Source: Vicinamibacteraceae bacterium (GTDB lineage Bacteria; Acidobacteriota; Vicinamibacteria; Vicinamibacterales; Vicinamibacteraceae). From it: DNA of 64,000 nt. Both the position numbers and the translations under genes were made by a program. The stretch lies in contig JANOIR010000077.1 in NCBI GenBank assembly GCA_031407765.1, positions 219 to 64,218 of the forward strand, in the 5' to 3' direction. Position 1 is the first letter of the stretch. Every line of letters starts with the position of its first letter. This document shows positions 54,281-61,637 of this stretch, one piece after another. The notes under the pieces were generated by a model. That model did no database searches. It was not told the origin of the DNA and was given only the letters and a program-made list of their open reading frames with translations.

Positions 54281-54305
54281 GTCGCCGGCGGTACCCGGCG
54301 GCACA

Positions 54306-54335
54306 GGCGCCTCTCCAGGGCGCCACTTCTTCTTT
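54306..54335 (+). terminator. Weak candidate intrinsic terminator/attenuator after the giant ORF
   Basis: GGCGCC (54306-54311), 7-nt loop TCTCCAG, GGCGCC (54319-54324), followed by the T-rich but interrupted ACTTCTTCTTT. The stem is only 6 bp. Confidence 0.3.
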
Positions 54336-54361
54336 ACTATAACGAGCTTTAAGGAGCTTGC

Positions 54362-54697
54362 ATGGCCACCAAGAACCCCGCCTCGGGCGAAGCCTCTACG
54401 CTTGATACCGCGAAGCGCAACATCGATCCACAGAGAGTCGTCTGGGATGATTCGCGGCTGAACACCTCATACTCGAACGTCTGCAACGTTCTCGGCTCGC
54501 GCGAGGAGATCACGCTGCTGTTCGGCGCCAACCAGGCCTGGCATTCCGGCCAGAAGGAAGTAAAGGTCATGCTCTCGGACCGGATCATCCTCAACCCCTA
54601 TGCGGCCAAGCGGCTGCAGGCCCTGCTGCAGCGGGTCCTGAAGGAGTACGAAACCCGCTTCGGCGAACTGAAGATCGAGGGCTCAGCGCAGAGCTGA
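54362..54697 (+). CDS. Small DUF3467-like protein (111 aa)
   Basis: ATG preceded by AAGGAG at 54351-54356. The core YSNVCNVLGSREEITLLFG...VKVMLSDRIILNPYAAKRLQALLQRVLKEYETRFGEL resembles the DUF3467 consensus as I recall it. No signal peptide or TM segment. Confidence 0.6.
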   Translation: MATKNPASGEASTLDTAKRNIDPQRVVWDDSRLNTSYSNVCNVLGSREEITLLFGANQAWHSGQKEVKVMLSDRIILNPYAAKRLQALLQRVLKEYETRFGELKIEGSAQS

Positions 54698-54713
54698 TGC
54701 GCGAGGCTCAACC

Positions 54714-56558
54714 ATGCCGGGTTCCGCCCTCGAGGAAACCGCCTCCGCGCTGAGTGCCGGGGACGCGCTCTGGCGGCAGCATGCCGCGGCGCAGTCCTCG
54801 GATGCCTACCTCAGGAGCTGGCTCGCGCTGCAGTGCTCCATGGTCGCGGGCGCCGCGCGCGGCGTGCTGCTGCTCGGCGCCCCCGATGCGGGGCCCTATG
54901 CGCCGGCGGCATTCTGGCCGGCGGCGCAGAACGCGAGCCCGCTGCTGGCCGATATCTCCAGCCGCACGCTGGAGGCTCGCCGCGGCATCGCGATGCAGGG
55001 CGCTCCGTACGCGGCGGTGAGCTGTCCCCTGATCTTCGAAGGGCAGTTGCACGGCCTGGTGGCCGTCGAACTCGCGCCGCAGCCGGACGCCGCGCTGCAG
55101 GAGGTGGTGCGGCAGCTGCAGTGGGGCCTGTATGCGGTGGAATGCGCGTTGCGCGGCGAGCAAGCGCGCCACGAGCACGGGACGCGCGAGCGCCTCATGG
55201 CCACCCTCGACCTGGTGGCTTCCGCGCTCGCGGAGGACGGCTTCCAGGCCTCCGCCCAGGCGCTCGCGACCGACCTCGCGGTACGCCTGGATTGCGACCG
55301 GGTCAGCATCGGCTTCGAGCGCGACGGCCATGCCCGCGTCGTGGCCGTGTCGCACAGCGCCGAGTTCGGCGAGCGCATGAACCTGATCCGGGCGATCGGC
55401 ACCGCCATGGACGAGTCCCTGGACCAGAAATCCATCATCGTGCTGCCGCAGGGCGACGGCGAGGCGCTGGTGACGCGCGACCACGAGGCGCTGGCGCGGC
55501 TCTTCGGCAGCGGCAGCGTGCTCACGGTGCCTTTTTCCGTGGGAGAGACCACCAAGGGGGCGTTCAATTTCGAGCGCCCGGCGGGGCGCCCGTTCGAGGC
55601 CGACACGGTCGAGCTGACGCAGGCGGTGGTCGCGCTGGGCAGCCGCATCCTCGAGGAAAAGCGGCTGAACGACCGGCTGCTGGTGAGCCGCGTCAAGGAT
55701 ATCGCGCGCGAGCAACTGGAGAAATTCATCGGCCCGCGCCATTTCGGCCGCAAGCTTGCCGCGGCGCTCGTCATGCTTGCCGCGATCTTCTTCAGCTTCG
55801 CGACCGGCGAGCACCGCGTCGGGGCGAGCGCCGCGCTCGAGGGGGCGGTGCGCCGCGTCCTGGTGGCGCCCTTCGACGGCTACGTCGCGAGCGCGACGCA
55901 CCGCGCGGGCGACATCGTTCCGGCCGGAACCGTGCTGGCCAGCCTCGACCAGCGCGACCTGAAGCTCGAGTACTACAAGTGGGCGAGCCAGCAGAGCCAG
56001 TATGCGCGCCAGTACCAGGAAGCCATGGCCAAGCACGACCGTGCCCAGGCCAACATCCTGCTTGCGCAGGTGCAGCAGGCAGAGGCGCAGATGAACCTAC
56101 TTGCCGAGCACCTCGGCAGGGCGCAGATCACCGCGCCCTTCGAAGGTCTGGTGGTGAGCGGCGACCTGCACCAGTCGCTGGGCGCCTCGGTGAAGCGCGG
56201 CCAGACGCTGTTCGAGATTTCGCCCCTGAACGCCTTTCGCGTGGTGCTCGAGGTGGACGAGACGGACATCGACAGCGTGGCGACCGGGCAGAAGGGAGCC
56301 CTGCAGCTCAGTTCGATCCCCGGCGAAGTCTTTCCATTCACCGTCAGCCAGCTGACGCCGATCGTCGCATCGCGCGAGGGACGCAGCTATTTCCGCGTCG
56401 AGGCGCTGCTCGAGAGGGCGCCGGAGGGCGCCGCGGGGCGGCTGCGCCCCGGCATGGAGGGCGTCGCCAAGATCGAGGCCGGGCGCCGCAAGCTGATCTG
56501 GATCGGCACCCACAAGATGCTCGACTGGGCGCGGCTCACCCTTTGGTCCTGGCTCTAG
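54714..56558 (+). CDS. Tandem GAF-like domains + single TM + HlyD-type membrane fusion (periplasmic adaptor) protein
   Basis: 614 aa. The N-terminal ~330 aa contains two GAF-like units (LIFEGQLHGLVAVEL; RVSIGFERDGHARVVAVSHSAEF...VPFSVGETTKGAFNFER). TM helix LAAALVMLAAIFFSFA. Then lipoyl/coiled-coil/beta-barrel adaptor motifs (VLVAPFDGYVASATHRAGDIVPAGTVLASLD; ITAPFEGLVVSGD...VKRGQTLFEI; FRVVLEVDETDI). Confidence 0.8.
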   Translation: MPGSALEETASALSAGDALWRQHAAAQSSDAYLRSWLALQCSMVAGAARGVLLLGAPDAGPYAPAAFWPAAQNASPLLADISSRTLEARRGIAMQGAPYAAVSCPLIFEGQLHGLVAVELAPQPDAALQEVVRQLQWGLYAVECALRGEQARHEHGTRERLMATLDLVASALAEDGFQASAQALATDLAVRLDCDRVSIGFERDGHARVVAVSHSAEFGERMNLIRAIGTAMDESLDQKSIIVLPQGDGEALVTRDHEALARLFGSGSVLTVPFSVGETTKGAFNFERPAGRPFEADTVELTQAVVALGSRILEEKRLNDRLLVSRVKDIAREQLEKFIGPRHFGRKLAAALVMLAAIFFSFATGEHRVGASAALEGAVRRVLVAPFDGYVASATHRAGDIVPAGTVLASLDQRDLKLEYYKWASQQSQYARQYQEAMAKHDRAQANILLAQVQQAEAQMNLLAEHLGRAQITAPFEGLVVSGDLHQSLGASVKRGQTLFEISPLNAFRVVLEVDETDIDSVATGQKGALQLSSIPGEVFPFTVSQLTPIVASREGRSYFRVEALLERAPEGAAGRLRPGMEGVAKIEAGRRKLIWIGTHKMLDWARLTLWSWL

Positions 56559-56593
56559 GTTGAGATGAGGGTTCCCCGCGTGAGAAATCCGGC

Positions 56594-58744
56594 ATGAGCA
56601 GCCCGTCGCTGTTCAGCTCCTCCTGGTACCGGGTCGCGGGCCTTCGCCCTCGACTGCGCAGCCACGCGCAGGTCCACCGCCACGTGTACCGGGGCGCGGT
56701 GTGGTACGTGATGCAGAATCACACCACCGGCAAGTTTCACCGCTTTACCCCGATCGCCAACCTGATCATTGGCCTGATGGACGGCAAGCGCACGGTCCAG
56801 GAGATCTGGGACCTTGCCTGCGTGCGCCTCGGCGACGAGGTGCCCTCCCAGGACGAAGCCATCAAGCTGCTTGCGGACCTGCACGCCGCGGACGTCCTGC
56901 AGGGTGACGCGCCCCCCGACCTGAACGAACTGCAGCAGCGCCGGCGCAAGCACGTGCGCACGCGCTGGAAGCAGTATCTGGGCAATCCGCTGTCGATGCG
57001 TTTCCCGCTGTTCGATCCGGACTGGATGCTGCAGCGGCTGTTGCCGCTGCTCGCGCCGCTGTTCGGTCGGGTGGGCGCGCTGCTGTGGCTCGGGGTCGTC
57101 GGCTGCGCCCTTGTCCTGATCGCGATGCACTGGAGAGAACTCTCGAGCGACGTGGTCGACCGCGTATTCTCGGTGGAGAACCTGCTGCTCATCTGGATAG
57201 TTTTCCCGCTCATCAAGCTGCTGCACGAACTCGGACACGCGCTCGCGACCAAGGCCATCGGCGGTGAAGTGCATGAGATGGGCGTCATGCTGCTGGTGCT
57301 GATACCCATCCCGTACGTCGACGCCTCCGCCGCGACCGCGTTCCGCGACCGGCGCAGCCGCGCGCTGGTCGGTGCGGCCGGCATGATCGTGGAGCTTTTC
57401 ATCGCCGCCCTCGCGGTGTTCGCCTGGGTGCACCTCGAGCCTGGCATGGCCCGGGCGATCGCCTACGACGTGATCCTGGTCGCGGGCGTGTCGACGCTGC
57501 TGTTCAACGCCAATCCGCTGCTGCGCTACGACGGCTACTACATTCTCGCCGACAGCCTGGAGATCCCGAACCTCGGACAGCGCTCCAACGACTACCTGGG
57601 TTACCTGGTGAACCGGTACCTCTTCGGCGTCGAAGGCGGCACCTCGCCGATCGCCGCGCCGGGCGAGCGCGGCTGGTTCGTCGGTTACGCGATCGGCTCG
57701 TTCATCTATCGCATGTTCATGATGGTTTCGATCGCGGTGCTGGTGGCCACGCAGTTCTTCGTGCTGGGCGTGCTACTGGCCATCTGGGCCTGTGTCAGCA
57801 TGCTGCTGCTGCCCGTGGCGAAGAAGATCCATTACCTCTTCTACAGCCCGCGGCTCGCCAGCCACCGGCAGCGCGCGGTGCTGGTCAGCACCGGCGGCGT
57901 CGGCCTGCTTGTCGCTGCGCTGCTGTGGCTGCCCGCGCCCTCGTCCACGAGGGCCGAGGGCGTGATCTGGGCGCCGGAGCAGGCGCAGGTGCGCGCCACC
58001 GTCGACGGGTTCGTGACCAAGGTTCTCGCGAAGCCGGATCAGGCGGTGCGCGAGGGCGATGTCCTGATCGAAAGCCAGGATCCGGAGCTGTCCGCGCGCA
58101 CCGGCGTGCTGCAGGCGCAGCTCGCGGAGCTCGACGCGCGCTACTCGGCGGCGATCACCGGCAACCGGGTGCAGGCCGGGGTCATCAACGAGCAGCGAAC
58201 TCACGTGATGGAGGCGCTCGGCCTCGCGCAGCGACGCCAGGAGGACTTGCTGGTGCGCAGCCCCGGCAACGGACTATTCGTGATCCAGGACCCGCAGAAC
58301 CTGCCCGGCCGCTATGCCCAGCGCGGAGAGGTGCTCGCCTACGTCACCGATCGGGCAGCCCGTTCCGTGCGCGTGGTGGTGTCCCAGTCCGAGGGCGCGC
58401 TCGTCAGCAAGCGCACCGAGCGCGTGGAGATCCGCCCGGCCGACCGCGTGAGCCGGCCGATCCAGGCGCGCATCGAGCGCGAAGTGCCCGCGGCGACGGA
58501 CGAATTGCCCAGCATGACGCTCAGCCTGCAGGGCGGCGGCAAGATCGGGCTCGATCCGGCCCGGCCGGGCGACGGCAGATCGCTGGAGAAGCTGTTCGTG
58601 CTGGACCTCGAGCTGCCGCAGGGCGAGCAGACGAACTACCTCGGCGGACGCGTCTACGTGCGCTTCGAGCATGAGCCCGAGCCGCTTGCCAGCCAGTGGT
58701 ACCGCGACCTGCGGCGCGCTTTCCTGAAGAAGTTCAATGTCTGA
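56594..58744 (+). CDS. PqqD-like (RRE-like) N-terminal domain + M50/site-2-protease-type membrane metalloprotease + C-terminal HlyD-type adaptor domain
   Basis: 716 aa. HELGH at 57224-57238 within a hydrophobic segment. Second S2P motif NANPLLRYDGYY at 57506-57541. Multiple TM helices. N-terminal FHRFTPIANLIIGLMDGKRTVQEIWDLACVRLGDEVPSQDEAIKLLADLHAADVL resembles PqqD/RiPP-recognition elements. C-terminal VRATVDGFVTKVLAKPDQAVREGDVLIESQDPEL plus coiled coil resembles the HlyD lipoyl/hairpin region. Confidence 0.8.
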   Translation: MSSPSLFSSSWYRVAGLRPRLRSHAQVHRHVYRGAVWYVMQNHTTGKFHRFTPIANLIIGLMDGKRTVQEIWDLACVRLGDEVPSQDEAIKLLADLHAADVLQGDAPPDLNELQQRRRKHVRTRWKQYLGNPLSMRFPLFDPDWMLQRLLPLLAPLFGRVGALLWLGVVGCALVLIAMHWRELSSDVVDRVFSVENLLLIWIVFPLIKLLHELGHALATKAIGGEVHEMGVMLLVLIPIPYVDASAATAFRDRRSRALVGAAGMIVELFIAALAVFAWVHLEPGMARAIAYDVILVAGVSTLLFNANPLLRYDGYYILADSLEIPNLGQRSNDYLGYLVNRYLFGVEGGTSPIAAPGERGWFVGYAIGSFIYRMFMMVSIAVLVATQFFVLGVLLAIWACVSMLLLPVAKKIHYLFYSPRLASHRQRAVLVSTGGVGLLVAALLWLPAPSSTRAEGVIWAPEQAQVRATVDGFVTKVLAKPDQAVREGDVLIESQDPELSARTGVLQAQLAELDARYSAAITGNRVQAGVINEQRTHVMEALGLAQRRQEDLLVRSPGNGLFVIQDPQNLPGRYAQRGEVLAYVTDRAARSVRVVVSQSEGALVSKRTERVEIRPADRVSRPIQARIEREVPAATDELPSMTLSLQGGGKIGLDPARPGDGRSLEKLFVLDLELPQGEQTNYLGGRVYVRFEHEPEPLASQWYRDLRRAFLKKFNV

Positions 58745-60731
58745 CGTACTCGCCGCGCCGCGCGCCTTCGACGAGCTCTACGCCGAGCGGCGCGAGCTGG
58801 CCGGCGAGCAATGGCTGGACCGCGCCGGCACGGCCGTCGCCGGACGCCTGACGCGCGCGATGCGCGCGCGTCCAGCGCGCGTCGATTTCATCGTCGGCGC
58901 GGTGGCCGCGGTCGAGGCGCGCTACCGCGGGCTGGACGTCGCCCGGCTCGCCGAAGAGGCGCGCGAGCTCAAGCGCCGGCTGCGGCGGGACGGTTTGCGC
59001 GATGCGCTGGTGGCGGAGGCCTTCGCGCTGGTGCGCGAAGCCTCGGACCGCGTTCTGGGCATGCGCCACTTCGACGTGCAGCTGAAGGGCGCCTGGATCA
59101 TGCTGAACGGCATGGTCGCCGAGATGCAGACCGGCGAGGGCAAGACGCTGACCGCCACGCTGGCCGCCTGCACGGCGGCGCTGGCGGGTATCCCGGTGCA
59201 CGTGGTCACCGTCAACGACTATCTCGTGGCGCGGGACTGCGAGACGCTGCGGCCGGTCTACGAGGCGCTCGGCATCACGGTGGCGGCGGCGACCGAGGAA
59301 ATGACGCCGCAGGAGCGCCGGGCGTCATACGCCTGCGACGTCGCGTATTGCACCAATAAGACCCTGGTGTTCGATTACCTGCGCGACCGGATACTGCTGG
59401 CGACGGGCGCGAGCACGCTGCACCTGCGGCTGGAGAAGATCTACGGGCCGGATTCCCGCAGCCGCCGCCTGCACCTGCGCGGCCTGCATTTCGCGATCGT
59501 CGACGAGGCCGACAGCGTGCTGATCGACGAGGCCCGCACCCCGCTCATCATTTCCGCGGAAGTGCCGCCGGGCGACGAGGCGGCAGTGGCTGCGCAGGCC
59601 CTGGCGATCGCCCGGGGCCTGGCGCTCGGCGCGGATTTCGTCATCGTCATCGCCGAGCGCAGGGTCGCGCTGACCGAGACGGGCCACGCAAAGGTGGTCG
59701 AACTGTGCAAGGAACTGGGCGGCGTCTGGGCGGGCTCGCTCAGGCGCGAGGAACTGGTCACTCAGGCGCTGAGCGCGCTGCACCTGTTCCTGCGCGACGA
59801 CCACTACGTGGTGCGCGAGGGCAAGATCCAGGTCGTCGACGAGCACACCGGGCGGGTGATGGCCGACCGCTCCTGGGGCCAGGGACTGCACCAGTTGATC
59901 GAGGCGAAGGAGGGCTGCGAGATCACGCCGCGCAAGGAAACGCTCGCCAAGATCAGCTACCAGCGGTTTTTCCGGCGCTACCTTCACCTGTCCGGGATGA
60001 CCGGTACCGGTTCCGAGGTGGCCGGGGAACTCGGGTCGGTCTACGGCCTGCCGGTGGTGCGCGTCCCGACGCACCGGCCCGGCCGGCGCCTGCGCGAGGT
60101 GGATCGCATCTTCGAGACGGAAGAAGAGAAATGGAATCGCATCGCGGAACGGGTCGCCGAGCTGCACGCCAAGGGCGTGCCGATCCTGCTGGGCACGCGT
60201 TCGGTGGCGTCCTCCGAGATCGCGAGCCGGCTGCTCGAGCAGCGCGGCCTCGCGCACCGCGTGCTGAACGCCAAGCAGGACGAGGAAGAGGCGCAGATCG
60301 TCGAGCGCGCGGGCGAGGCGGGCGCGATCACGATCGCGACCAACATGGCGGGCCGCGGCACCGACATCAAGCTCGCGCCAGGCGTCGCCGAACTGGGCGG
60401 GCTGCACGTGATTCTGTCGGAGCGGCACGAGGCCGGGCGCATCGATCGCCAGCTGGAAGGGCGCTGTTCCCGCCAGGGGGATCCGGGGCACTTCGAGGCC
60501 ATCATTTCCCTCGAGGACCCGGTGCTCGAGCCCTACCGCGGGGGCCTGCCGGAACTGCTGATGCGCCGGCTCGCCGCGCTCAGGCCCGGCGCGGCCCAGG
60601 AAGTGAAGCGGCGCTGGATCCGACTCGCCCAGCTGCGCACCGAACGCGCGCAGTCGAAGGTGCGCCGCAATCTGCTGAAGACCGACAAGCAGACTGGCGA
60701 TATCCTCTCGTTCTCCGGCAGGCCGGAATGA
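58737..60731 (+). CDS. SecA-family ATPase paralogue, C-terminally shortened (664 aa)
   Basis: SecA motor signatures: MRHFDVQL, Walker A MQTGEGKTL (59124-59150), VVTVNDYLA/V, IVDEADSVLIDEARTPLIIS (about 59495), YQRFFRRY..LSGMTGTG, TNMAGRGTDIKL (about 60338-60374), GGLHVILSERHEAGRIDRQLEGRCSRQGDPG. Only about 100 aa follow the last motor motif, whereas several hundred follow in housekeeping SecA. The start overlaps the upstream stop (ATGTCTGA). Confidence 0.85.
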   Translation: MSDVLAAPRAFDELYAERRELAGEQWLDRAGTAVAGRLTRAMRARPARVDFIVGAVAAVEARYRGLDVARLAEEARELKRRLRRDGLRDALVAEAFALVREASDRVLGMRHFDVQLKGAWIMLNGMVAEMQTGEGKTLTATLAACTAALAGIPVHVVTVNDYLVARDCETLRPVYEALGITVAAATEEMTPQERRASYACDVAYCTNKTLVFDYLRDRILLATGASTLHLRLEKIYGPDSRSRRLHLRGLHFAIVDEADSVLIDEARTPLIISAEVPPGDEAAVAAQALAIARGLALGADFVIVIAERRVALTETGHAKVVELCKELGGVWAGSLRREELVTQALSALHLFLRDDHYVVREGKIQVVDEHTGRVMADRSWGQGLHQLIEAKEGCEITPRKETLAKISYQRFFRRYLHLSGMTGTGSEVAGELGSVYGLPVVRVPTHRPGRRLREVDRIFETEEEKWNRIAERVAELHAKGVPILLGTRSVASSEIASRLLEQRGLAHRVLNAKQDEEEAQIVERAGEAGAITIATNMAGRGTDIKLAPGVAELGGLHVILSERHEAGRIDRQLEGRCSRQGDPGHFEAIISLEDPVLEPYRGGLPELLMRRLAALRPGAAQEVKRRWIRLAQLRTERAQSKVRRNLLKTDKQTGDILSFSGRPE

Positions 60732-60747
60732 ATTCAGGAGCAGATCA

Positions 60748-61566
60748 ATGAACCGTGGGACCGCCCTTTTCCTGCTTGCGTCGCTTGCAGCAGCCGTTTC
60801 TCCTGCGAACGCCCAGGCCCCGCAGCGTCCCGCTGCGCTCAAACCGGAGGCGGTCCCGTTCACCCCGGTGCGTCCGCCGATGGCCAGCGGCAACGCCGGC
60901 AAGCAATTCGGCGATGACATGGATTGCCTGGTGGAGCCGCACATCGTCACAAGCGTCGGAAGCCCCGTGGAAGGCACACTCGCGGAAGTGCTCGTGGACC
61001 GGGGCTCGCTCGTCTCCAGGGGACAGGTCGTCGCCCGCTTGAACTCGAAAGTGGAGGAGGCCACAGTCAACCTGAAGGCGGCGCAGGAGGATTTCGGCAA
61101 GCGCAAGGTGGACCGCAACGAGGAGCTTTACAAGAAGCAGCTCATCTCCGCCAACGAGAAGGACGAACTGGAGACGCAGACGCGCATCGCGGGCCTGGAG
61201 CTGCAGCAGCAAAGGCAGGTGCTGGAGCAGCGCACCATCCGCAGCCCTTTGAACGGCGTCGTGGTCGAGCGCATGCTCAGCCCGGGCGAGCGCGTCGGCG
61301 ACGGCAAGATCGTGAAGATCGCCCAGATCGACCCGCTGAACGTGGAGGTCGTCGCGCCGGTGGAGATGTTCGGCCGGGTGAAGCCCGGCATGGCGGGCGA
61401 AGTCCGCTTCCAGCCGCTGCTGCAGGGGACCTTCAAGGCGACCGTGACGGTCGTCGACCGTGTCGTGGACGCGGCCAGCGGCACCTTTGGCGTACGCCTG
61501 CGGCTGCCCAATCCGAACAGCACGGTGCCGGCCGGCATCAAGTGCAGCGTCCGATTCCTCAAGTAG
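60748..61566 (+). CDS. Periplasmic adaptor (membrane fusion protein, RND/MFP family) with a cleavable signal peptide
   Basis: 272 aa. AGGAG RBS at 60737-60741. Signal peptide MNRGTALFLLASLAAAVSPANA/QAP. Lipoyl-like VGSPVEGTLAEVLVDRGSLVSRGQVVARLNS. Coiled-coil hairpin. IRSPLNGVVVERMLSPGERV. Beta-barrel segment VEVVAPVEMFGRVKPGMAGEVRF...ASGTFGVRLRLPN. Confidence 0.8.
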   Translation: MNRGTALFLLASLAAAVSPANAQAPQRPAALKPEAVPFTPVRPPMASGNAGKQFGDDMDCLVEPHIVTSVGSPVEGTLAEVLVDRGSLVSRGQVVARLNSKVEEATVNLKAAQEDFGKRKVDRNEELYKKQLISANEKDELETQTRIAGLELQQQRQVLEQRTIRSPLNGVVVERMLSPGERVGDGKIVKIAQIDPLNVEVVAPVEMFGRVKPGMAGEVRFQPLLQGTFKATVTVVDRVVDAASGTFGVRLRLPNPNSTVPAGIKCSVRFLK

Positions 61567-61637
61567 CGGGCGACGGCGGCAGGCTGCTCGGGCTGCTGCG
61601 CGGCCAGCGTTTCGAGGGCTTTGAGAAATCCTTCAAG

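Noticed and set aside
9122-54280. Giant ORF as an NRPS/PKS megasynthase
   Set aside because: No condensation (HHxxxDG), adenylation (SGTTGxPKG), thiolation (GGxS in a carrier context) or ketosynthase (DTACSS) motifs were seen. The sequence is dominated by structural repeat families.
9785-54304. Very long antisense ORFs across the giant gene (minus-strand ORFs 9785..14446 of 1553 aa, 14528..16675, 16829..22441 of 1870 aa, 23870..27124, 27224..34135 of 2303 aa, 34157..37810, 38042..40900, and 40904..54304 of 4466 aa)
   Set aside because: Their translations are Arg/Ala/Gly/Asp/His-rich low-complexity strings with no recognisable motifs. They are the expected shadow of a GC3-saturated gene dominated by GGC/GCC/ACC/GTC/GAC codons, whose reverse complements contain no stops. 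The + frame carries all the recognisable domain motifs.
54708-61212. Shadow ORFs in the export operon (minus-strand 54708..56036, 56555..57433, 56737..57447, 59325..61118 of 597 aa, 60745..61212; plus-strand 54833..56563 of 576 aa, 57925..58674, 59705..60751)
   Set aside because: They are antisense or off-frame to genes with strong GAF/MFP, M50 and SecA motifs, and their translations are low complexity.
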